Shown piece after piece: positions 1 through 7,168 of a stretch of 64,000 nucleotides of DNA. Each line of letters starts with the position of its first letter. Position 1 is the first letter of the stretch. A program made the translations under genes and the position numbers. This DNA is from an uncultured Chloroflexia bacterium (lineage in GTDB: Bacteria > Chloroflexota > Limnocylindria > Limnocylindrales > CSP1-4), in contig CAVQJC010000005.1 in NCBI GenBank assembly GCA_963712745.1, positions 128,001 through 192,000 of the forward strand. The letters run 5' to 3'. Under the pieces are notes generated by a model, which was given only the letters and a program-made list of their open reading frames with translations, had not been told where the DNA came from and did no database searches.

Positions 1-2
1 CC

Positions 3-1727
3 CTGCCGCTCTCGACCCGGGCCACCATCCTCCGGCGCGCCGAGGGCAATCCTCTCTTCGTCGAGGAGATCATCCGCATGCTCATCGACAGGCAGGCCAT
101 CGAGTACCGGGACGGCCGCTGGATGGCCACGGCCAAGGTCCTCGACGTCGAGATCCCCGAGACGCTGCATGGCCTGCTGCTGGCCCGGATCGACCGCCTG
201 CCGGACGAGGCCCGGCGCGTGCTTCGGATCGCCTCGGTCATCGGCCGCACCTTCACGGTGGCCGTGCTCGGGCGCGTGGCAGCGGACCCGTCGACGACCG
301 AGCGGAGCCAGGGCCTGGGTGGGGAGCTGGGCCTGCTCGAGGGTGCAGGGCTGATCATCCTGGCGCCCGCGTCGCCGGAACTGGAATACGGCTTCCGGCA
401 CGCCCTCATCGGGGATGCGGCCTACGCGTCGCTGCTCAGGCAGGAACGGCGATCGCTGCACCTCGAGGTGGCCGAGGCCATCCTTGCGCTTCAGCCGGAC
501 CACGCGGACGACCTGGCCCCGGTCCTGGCCCACCACTTCGAGCGCGCCGAAGACCGGCCCCGGGCCATCGAGTACCTGGCGCTCGCCGCTCGACAGGCTC
601 GCTCGCGATTCGCGCGCCATGAGGCCGAGGACTTCGCCCGGCGAGCGGTGGCCCTGCTGCCACCCGAGGCAGAGATGAGCGAGACGGAACGGGCACTGCG
701 CGCCGAGTTGCAGCTGCTCCAGGCACAGGCCGGCCTCGACTTCGTGCCGCTGCAGGAGAGCCTGGCGCTGCTCGAGAGCGTGATCAGCGATGCCGAGGCC
801 CTGGACGACTCGGCCACGGCCGCCCGTGCCTACCTCATGGTGGCCCGGGCTCGGGCCACCGGCGGCGAGCAGTTCCGGTCCAGCCCGGACCTGGCCAGGG
901 CCCTGGAACAAGCGACCACGCTGGCTGAAGCCAGTGGTTCGCCGGCGCTGGTGGCGAGCGCCGTCCTGGCCCAGGGCCAGGCGTACTACACCTCTTCGGA
1001 GTTCGAGGAGGCAGCGCAGCTGTGGGAGCGGGCCATCCCGGCGTTGATCGAGTCCGGCCAGGTCTACGACGCCTCGGTGGCGGCGGGCCAGCTCGGGACC
1101 GCCTACGGCCACACCGGGGACTACGAGAGGGCGATCAGCTGGACCGACCGCGCGTACGAGCTGGGCCAGGAGAGCGGCGATCCCAACGCCAGTCTCGATG
1201 CCGACCTGGGGCGCGCGATCGTGGAAGGGATCCGCGGCGACACGGCGACCTCGATCGAGTACGCGACCAAGGCCGCCAACGCCGCCGAACTGGTCGACAA
1301 CAAGGCCTGCGCGCTGGTGGCCCATAGCGTGATCGGCGAGCAGCATCTGCGCGACGGCGACGCGGGTCAGGCCGCCATCTCCTTCGAGGCCAGCGCCAAC
1401 CTGGCTGCGTTCTGCCAGTTCATGCCGGTCAAGCTGGAACAGACCGAGATCCTGCTCCAGGCCGCACGGGCACGAACGGGCGTCGGCCAGGTCGAGTTCG
1501 AGCGCTACGAGCGCGCCCTCGAGCTTGCCCGTCAGTTCGGCGACCGCCTCGCCGAGGCCGAGCTCTACGAGCAGCGGGCGCGCGACCGCATCGATGCGGG
1601 ACAGGGCGAGATAGCGGGGGACGACCTCAGCAGGGCCGTGGGGCTGTACGACACGATCGGAGCGAGGGCCGACCTGGAGCGAGTCCGCCACCTGCAGGCG
1701 AGCCTGCCGCCCATCACCACGGCCTGA
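3..1727 (+). CDS. C-terminal part of a STAND/AAA ATPase with TPR-like helical repeats (adenylate/guanylate cyclase-AAA family type); 5' end outside the window
   Basis: Frame is open from base 3: LPLSTRATILRRAEGNPLFVEEIIRM, then IPETLHGLLLARIDRL, LRIASVIGRTF, YGFRHALI..AAYASLL..ERR.LH, motifs typical of this family, followed by Ala-rich helical repeats. Confidence 0.85.
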   Translation: MPLSTRATILRRAEGNPLFVEEIIRMLIDRQAIEYRDGRWMATAKVLDVEIPETLHGLLLARIDRLPDEARRVLRIASVIGRTFTVAVLGRVAADPSTTERSQGLGGELGLLEGAGLIILAPASPELEYGFRHALIGDAAYASLLRQERRSLHLEVAEAILALQPDHADDLAPVLAHHFERAEDRPRAIEYLALAARQARSRFARHEAEDFARRAVALLPPEAEMSETERALRAELQLLQAQAGLDFVPLQESLALLESVISDAEALDDSATAARAYLMVARARATGGEQFRSSPDLARALEQATTLAEASGSPALVASAVLAQGQAYYTSSEFEEAAQLWERAIPALIESGQVYDASVAAGQLGTAYGHTGDYERAISWTDRAYELGQESGDPNASLDADLGRAIVEGIRGDTATSIEYATKAANAAELVDNKACALVAHSVIGEQHLRDGDAGQAAISFEASANLAAFCQFMPVKLEQTEILLQAARARTGVGQVEFERYERALELARQFGDRLAEAELYEQRARDRIDAGQGEIAGDDLSRAVGLYDTIGARADLERVRHLQASLPPITTA

Positions 1728-1758
1728 CCCCCGGGGGGTTCGCCCGCGCGGCGCGCGG

Positions 1759-3372
1759 TCAGGGCGAGGTCCTCGGCGCCTGAACCTCATCAGCCGGAAC
1801 CAGGCCCCGGTTGGAGTTGGCCCGCAGGTCGGCGAACACGTTTCGTGCACAGAACGGAACGCGCGTGACCGGAGCTTCGGGATCGACCGAACCCACGTGC
1901 ACACAGCATTGTCGCAGCCGTTCCACGTTCAGCGTCCACTGGTCCATGAAGCCCTTGACGCTGAAGCGCCGGACTCGAGCGGCCACGTCATCGATGCTCA
2001 TGCGACGGCCCAGGATGCTACGCCCGAGCAGACGAGCGAAATTGCCGAGGTCCAGGCGACAGGCGCCGGTCAGCGTGGCGAGATGGTCCAGCATGTCTTC
2101 GCGAGCCACGCTCGTCGAGCCGCTGTAGAGGCCCAGGAACGCGTCCCACGTCTCGTCGTCCGGCACCAGCCGGTTGCCGACGAGGGCCAGGTGTTCGCGG
2201 ATACGTTCCCGGCCCAGCAACTCGGTCACCGAGCGCCAGGTGCCGTGATCTGCGCGGACCAGGTAGTTGACCGTGGCGCAGTCGGGATGACTGCAGGGGA
2301 TAGGCAGGAAGTCTTCGCGGCGCAGTCGGCCCTCGGTCTGCTCCTCCAGCCGCCGCAGGACGCCGGTCGCCGTGACTCGCGAGAGCGGATCTGCCACCGG
2401 CACCCCGAACATCGGCTGGAAGACGACCCCGCCGCAGTGGTCGGTGCCCAGGGCCAGGTCGGCCACAGCACCTACGGCCTCATCATTGACGCCCAGGGCG
2501 ACCGTGCAGGCGAAGGTGGTGAATACCTTGGCCGCCGATAGCCGCGAGATGGCACGCTCCTTGACCGAGGCGAGATCGCTGCCCCGCAACGCCCGGTACG
2601 CCGCGGACGTCGGTCCGTCGTACTGCAGGTAGACCTCGACGCGGCGGCGACGGTCGGCCAGCAGGCCCAGCAGCGCGTCGTCGTGAGCCAGCACCAGGCC
2701 ATTGGTGTTGACCACGACACGGGTGACGTCCCGCTCAAGGATGGCGTCAAGCAGCGGGCCCAGCTGTGGATGCAGCGTCGGCTCACCGCCACTGAGCATC
2801 ACCAGGTCGAGTCGGCCGCCTTCGCGCTCCAGCACGGTGTCCAGTGAGCGAAGGACGTCCGCAGGCCGCGCGTAGCGGTCGTCCCCAGGCGCGCAGCCCG
2901 CGAAACAGGTGGGGCAGGCCAGGTTGCAGTCCCGCGTCACGTCCACCAGGAGCGTGCAGGTGTGCTGCTCCTGTGAGCGCCCGAGTCCACCCAGGTAGCC
3001 CAGTGGCGCCGGGGCGTCCTCCTCGGTGTCCGGCTCGTGCCACTTCGTCGGCACCCGCCAACCCTGCAACGACTCCCACAGGAGCGCGTCCTCCTCGTAG
3101 AGGCTGACCACCTCGCCATGCCCCCGGCGGCAGTGGCGACGGAGCAGCAGTCGTCCGTCTTGCTCCACGAGGTCACCCTGCAGGATGTCGCGCTCGTACT
3201 CGAGCGCCATGTCCGGCGATCTGGAGAGGCAGCGCCCGCAGACGGTCAGCACCATGCGATGCAGCCGATATGGCTTGACCCCACCGGCTCTGGGCCGCAC
3301 GTCGGTGGACGACGCAGACTGCACGTCGGTGGACGACGCAGACTGCACGTCGGTGGCCGTCACGGACATCAC
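1759..3372 (-). CDS. Radical SAM enzyme, tetraether synthase (Tes / GDGT-MAS / MJ0619)-like family
   Basis: CNLACPTC radical SAM motif, SGGEPTLHP, NTNG. N-terminal CGRC...HCRRGHG metal site, PCSHPDC, C-terminal FMDQWTLNVERLRQCCVH...PFCARN. This Cys layout matches the MJ0619/Tes family. Confidence 0.85.
   Translation of the reverse strand: MMSVTATDVQSASSTDVQSASSTDVRPRAGGVKPYRLHRMVLTVCGRCLSRSPDMALEYERDILQGDLVEQDGRLLLRRHCRRGHGEVVSLYEEDALLWESLQGWRVPTKWHEPDTEEDAPAPLGYLGGLGRSQEQHTCTLLVDVTRDCNLACPTCFAGCAPGDDRYARPADVLRSLDTVLEREGGRLDLVMLSGGEPTLHPQLGPLLDAILERDVTRVVVNTNGLVLAHDDALLGLLADRRRRVEVYLQYDGPTSAAYRALRGSDLASVKERAISRLSAAKVFTTFACTVALGVNDEAVGAVADLALGTDHCGGVVFQPMFGVPVADPLSRVTATGVLRRLEEQTEGRLRREDFLPIPCSHPDCATVNYLVRADHGTWRSVTELLGRERIREHLALVGNRLVPDDETWDAFLGLYSGSTSVAREDMLDHLATLTGACRLDLGNFARLLGRSILGRRMSIDDVAARVRRFSVKGFMDQWTLNVERLRQCCVHVGSVDPEAPVTRVPFCARNVFADLRANSNRGLVPADEVQAPRTSP
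3297..3356. repeat. 24-bp tandem repeat x2.5, in frame (TDVQSASS) at the radical SAM N-terminus
   Basis: gcacgtcggtggacgacgcagact at 3297 and 3321, partial copy at 3345. Confidence 0.95.
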
Positions 3373-3905
3373 CCGTCACCGGTCATGATCATCGCGCACG
3401 TCCCGGCCAGGCCCAGGTACAGGACCCCGGCCACGATGAGTGTCGTCGTCATCGTCCGGGCGACGCCACGTCGAAGCGAAGCGCTGACGCCAACGGCCAC
3501 GAGCACGAAGAGCGCGACGAGCCCCATAACGGCCGCCAGGATGACGAGCCCGATCTGGTTGTACCCAGAGTTCTCCGGGTCCGCGATCGCGAGGAAGAGC
3601 GCACACGTGCACCAGGCACCGACGGCGATGGCGATGACCCCGAGGAAAGCCCTGGCTCGCAGGTCCTGCCCGCTCTCCGGCGCCGAGGTCGCTCGTTCCG
3701 GGATCCGCCCTTCCGCATGGAGGCGCAGCGCCTCGTCGACGACCGCATAGGGGTAGCCGGCGTCGACCAGCGCCTGTCGTAGTGCGTCCTCGGTGTAGGT
3801 CGAATCCTGCTCTTCGATGAAGTCGAGCGCGTCCTCGAGCGGCGAGATACCTTCGTCCTGACTCGGAGTCGTCCCCGGTTCTGGCTCCTGCCCCATCTTG
3901 TTCAC
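3369..3905 (-). CDS. Small membrane protein: N-terminal helical domain plus 3 TM helices with Cys at helix ends
   Basis: 178 aa; GTGA overlaps with both neighbours; hydrophobic segments end ..AVGAWCTC and ..LGLAGTC. Confidence 0.8.
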   Translation of the reverse strand: MNKMGQEPEPGTTPSQDEGISPLEDALDFIEEQDSTYTEDALRQALVDAGYPYAVVDEALRLHAEGRIPERATSAPESGQDLRARAFLGVIAIAVGAWCTCALFLAIADPENSGYNQIGLVILAAVMGLVALFVLVAVGVSASLRRGVARTMTTTLIVAGVLYLGLAGTCAMIMTGDG

Positions 3906-4129
3906 CTCACGTTGTCGAGACGGCCCGTCGCGGACAGCTTGGCCACGGCCCTCGCGCTGCGCTCACGGCTCCATCCGGCGATCGCTTCATCCACGATGTC
4001 GTCGGGGTAGCCGGCCTCTCGCAGGGATCGGCGCAGGGCCTCGCCGGTGGAGCGGTCGCCATGCTCCTGGGCGAACGCGAGCGCGTCCTCGAGTGTCCTG
4101 TCGTTGTCCTCGTCGGCCAAGTCCATCAC
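3902..4129 (-). CDS. Small soluble protein, paralogous to the N-terminal domain of the downstream membrane protein
   Basis: LEDALAFAQEHGDRSTGEALRRSLREAGYPDDIVDEAI aligns with LEDALDFIEEQDSTYTEDALRQALVDAGYPYAVVDEAL; coupled to both neighbours. Confidence 0.8.
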   Translation of the reverse strand: MMDLADEDNDRTLEDALAFAQEHGDRSTGEALRRSLREAGYPDDIVDEAIAGWSRERSARAVAKLSATGRLDNVR

Positions 4130-4130
4130 C

Positions 4131-4952
4131 TCATCCAGGGGCGGCCGCTCGCCCTGCGGGGTATGGCGGCGGCAGCGGCGTGCTCCAGGTATGTCTGCGC
4201 CAGCTACGCGCGAAGTGGAGGTAGAGGGCCGCCAGCACCGGGACCAGCACGAGCTGGGGCCCGGTCAGCCCGAACACATCGGCATCCTCGGCGCGCAGCC
4301 ACTCGTTGGCGAAGCGGAAGCTGAGCCCCGCAACGAGGTACAGCTTGAGCAGGTCTCCGCGGACCGGGACACGCCGGCCGTAGCGGACGATGAGCAGCGC
4401 GGCGACGGCGTTGAAGGCGATCTCGTAGAGCATCACCGGATGCATCGGCAGCTCGCAGCCCGGACAGGACGCGAAACGGGCCGCGGCCTCGGGCGCGACG
4501 CTGACGCCCACCGAGAGCCCGGTGGGAACCCCCAGGGGCAGCTCGCTCAAGAGGCACCCGACTCGGCCGATGGCCACTCCCACGGCCAGGGCCAGGGCAT
4601 AGCAGTCACCGGTCAATTCGCGGTAGCCCAGGGCGCGCTTGGCCAGGAACCCCGCAACGTAGCCGCCGACGATGGCGCCGATGAGGCTCTTGCCGCTGCG
4701 CTCGATGGCGGTCATCAGCGACAGGCCGCCGAGCGAGCGCAGGTCATCAAGATGGTCCCAGGCAAGCACTAGGCGTGCGCCCACCACGCCACCGACGAGG
4801 ACCGCCAGCGAGACCCACACCACGGTCGGCCCGAGCAGTCCCCGGCCGCGCAGCGCCCGGTAGTAGAGCGCAAGCCCCACCAGGAGACCGAGCGCGGAGA
4901 AGAGCAGGTGTGTATCGATGCGCAGGTCGCCGAGAACGATCTCGGGATGCAC
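4131..4952 (-). CDS. Prolipoprotein diacylglyceryl transferase (Lgt)-family paralog, divergent
   Basis: GTG at 4952 (MHPEIVLGDLRIDTH); VGARL, GKSLIGAIVGG, AIGRVGCLL, HPVMLYE, FRFANEWLR, GLTGPQ. The longer ORF-track start (5345) overlaps the upstream gene. Confidence 0.85.
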   Translation of the reverse strand: MHPEIVLGDLRIDTHLLFSALGLLVGLALYYRALRGRGLLGPTVVWVSLAVLVGGVVGARLVLAWDHLDDLRSLGGLSLMTAIERSGKSLIGAIVGGYVAGFLAKRALGYRELTGDCYALALAVGVAIGRVGCLLSELPLGVPTGLSVGVSVAPEAAARFASCPGCELPMHPVMLYEIAFNAVAALLIVRYGRRVPVRGDLLKLYLVAGLSFRFANEWLRAEDADVFGLTGPQLVLVPVLAALYLHFARSWRRHTWSTPLPPPYPAGRAAAPG

Positions 4953-4954
4953 GG

Positions 4955-5497
4955 TCAGTCCCGTGGCGGCCGAGGCCCTGGCGGCCACGGCAGCATGCGG
5001 TGCCGCACGGTCTCGCGATAGGCCCGGTAGTCGGGATAGGTGGCTGTCAGCCAGCGCTCCTCGACCTCGAGCTTGTAGCGGTCGAGATACCAGATGTAGA
5101 CGGGCACGAGCGCCAGGGCCACGAGGCTTCCCCACGCGAGACTCCAGCCGATGCCGATGAGGACCTGCGAGGTGCACACGGGATGCCGCATCCATCGATA
5201 GATGCCTTCCCGGTGCAGCGAGGCCTCCGGCCGCGGCTTGACCCAGATCGAGAAGCTCCGTCCGAGGGTCACGCTGCCGAGGCCGAACAGGCCGACGCCA
5301 CCAAGAAGGATGACGATGCCGATGACCCCGACGAACGTGGACCACGGGTCGGACCAGCCATGGCCGGTCGCGGGGGCCAGTGTCAACACGAGCAGGCCCA
5401 GCACCGTCTGCAGGCCGACCCAGCCTTCACCCCGGGGGCCGAGGGAGGTCAGGGTCCCGAACCGAGCCTCGTTGGCGGAAGGGCTCCCGGTGCGCAT
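4955..5497 (-). CDS. Isoprenylcysteine carboxyl methyltransferase / PEMT-family membrane methyltransferase
   Basis: ATG 5497 behind AAGGGGGAAG; GWVGLQ, LGRSFSIWVKP, GIYRWMRHP, EERWL...YPDY..YR..V. Confidence 0.85.
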   Translation of the reverse strand: MRTGSPSANEARFGTLTSLGPRGEGWVGLQTVLGLLVLTLAPATGHGWSDPWSTFVGVIGIVILLGGVGLFGLGSVTLGRSFSIWVKPRPEASLHREGIYRWMRHPVCTSQVLIGIGWSLAWGSLVALALVPVYIWYLDRYKLEVEERWLTATYPDYRAYRETVRHRMLPWPPGPRPPRD

Positions 5498-5618
5498 GAC
5501 GGCTTCCCCCTTGCCGACACGACCACGCGTCGAGTGGCCGCTTTGGCAGCGCTGCCACGCACCATCGTCGTCAGGTGCGCTTGACGTCGCAAGTGCCGTT
5601 CGGCCCCGCCGGCGCGCG

Positions 5619-6974
5619 TCAGTCTGGCGTGCCCGAGCTGATGTCACGGACCAGGCCGGTGCCGTCGGGCGTGCCGTCTGAACGCCACAGCTCACGGCCA
5701 TGGATGCGGTCGTCCGCGCTGAACAGGACGAGGTCGCCGAAGCGCGTGATCCAGGATGGGCCGGTCCCGCCCCTGCCCGGTGCCGTGTCCGCGATGAGGC
5801 GAGTCCCCTTCCGGGTGCCGTTGCTGACCCACAGCTCGATGCCGTGCTGCCGGTCCTGGGCCGCGAACACGGCCAGGTCTCCGATGGTGGCAATATCGCT
5901 GTAACCCTGCGGCCCGGCGGACTTGCGGCCCCGGGCGATGTCGCGGACCATGCGGGTCCCTTGACGCGTGCCATCGGACCGCCACAGCTCGCTGCCGTGA
6001 GTGCCATCGTCCGCCCAGAAGTAGAGCAGCGTGTCCCCGGCCTCGAAGTCGTACTGCCAGTTCGGCTTCAGCCTCTTGATGACCCGCGTGCCATCGGCAG
6101 TGCCGTCCGTGCTCCACAGCGCCCGGCCGCCGGACGGTGCGCGGGCGAAGAAGAAGGCCAGGTCTCCAACGGCGGCCACCGGCTCGGGATCGGAACCAGC
6201 CGGGCCGGTCGCCAGATCAGCCACCAGTGCCGTACCCTCGACGGTGCCGTCGGTGCGCCAGAGCTCGCGCCCGTGTGCACCGTCGTCCGCTGCGAAGTAG
6301 GCCATGCCGTCACCCGCCAGCACCCACTCCGTGTTGGTGCGCTCCGGGAATGACCGGAGCAGGACGGTGCCCGGCGCGGTCCCGTCCGAGCGCCAGACCT
6401 GATGGAAGCGGCTACCGGTGTCGAACGACAGCACGACACCGTCGCCCATGCGCATGGCCGTATCTGGATACGGGCAGAGCCCGTCGCGTGGCCGCAGGCC
6501 GAGAGCTTCCGTACCGCTGACCAACTCCGTGCCCTCGGGCGTGCCGTCGGTACGCCACAGGCCGCACCCCTCTTCTGCGCCGTCGGCCCAGAAGAGGACG
6601 TGTTCGCCGAGGGGCACCATGGACTTCGGGTACGACCTGCCCTCTCCCGGCGACAGGTCCGCCACCAGCGACGTGCCCGAGTCCGTCCCATCGGTGCGCC
6701 ACAGCTCTACGCCGGTCCGTCGGTCCTCTGCCGCGAAGTAGAGCTCATCGCCGATGGCGGTCATCTCGGTGATGGGATCCTCACGCTTGGTGGCGAACCG
6801 GTCGGTGACCAACACCGTGCCCTCGGCCGTCCCGTCCGTCCGCCACAGCTCGCCGGGCCGTAGACCCTGGGTGACGAAGTAGGCCTGATCGCCGACCACC
6901 ACGAACTCCATCCAGTCGATGGGCAGGCTGGAGGCCGGGTCGGCGGCGTGAGCACCGCCGGTCTCGGAATCCAT
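5619..6974 (-). CDS. ELWxxDGT-repeat beta-propeller protein; signal peptide lies in another frame (true start probably 7050)
   Basis: About 9 ELW(R/S)(T/S)DGT repeats; MRSIDSCVAIMVVALLLAPTPLTA starts at ATG 7050 and is one base out of frame. Confidence 0.85.
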   Translation of the reverse strand: MDSETGGAHAADPASSLPIDWMEFVVVGDQAYFVTQGLRPGELWRTDGTAEGTVLVTDRFATKREDPITEMTAIGDELYFAAEDRRTGVELWRTDGTDSGTSLVADLSPGEGRSYPKSMVPLGEHVLFWADGAEEGCGLWRTDGTPEGTELVSGTEALGLRPRDGLCPYPDTAMRMGDGVVLSFDTGSRFHQVWRSDGTAPGTVLLRSFPERTNTEWVLAGDGMAYFAADDGAHGRELWRTDGTVEGTALVADLATGPAGSDPEPVAAVGDLAFFFARAPSGGRALWSTDGTADGTRVIKRLKPNWQYDFEAGDTLLYFWADDGTHGSELWRSDGTRQGTRMVRDIARGRKSAGPQGYSDIATIGDLAVFAAQDRQHGIELWVSNGTRKGTRLIADTAPGRGGTGPSWITRFGDLVLFSADDRIHGRELWRSDGTPDGTGLVRDISSGTPD

Positions 6975-7168
6975 CGGCCGCGGTCAGCGGAGTGGGCGCC
7001 AGGAGAAGCGCCACGACCATGATCGCGACGCACGAGTCGATCGAGCGCATTCCAACCCCCTGTGCGAGGCATGCGGTCCCTGTCCCGCGTGGACCGAATG
7101 TGGCAGCGCACAGGCCAGCTGCACAAGGGACGTTCGTCACTTGCTGTCCGGCGCCCCTCCTCCGACCG

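Noticed and set aside
1759-3372. Calling the radical SAM MoaA, or a proven GDGT synthase
   Set aside because: It lacks the MoaA C-terminal CX2CX13C/GG signature; homology to Tes does not show tetraether synthesis, and no archaeal-type lipid genes are in the window
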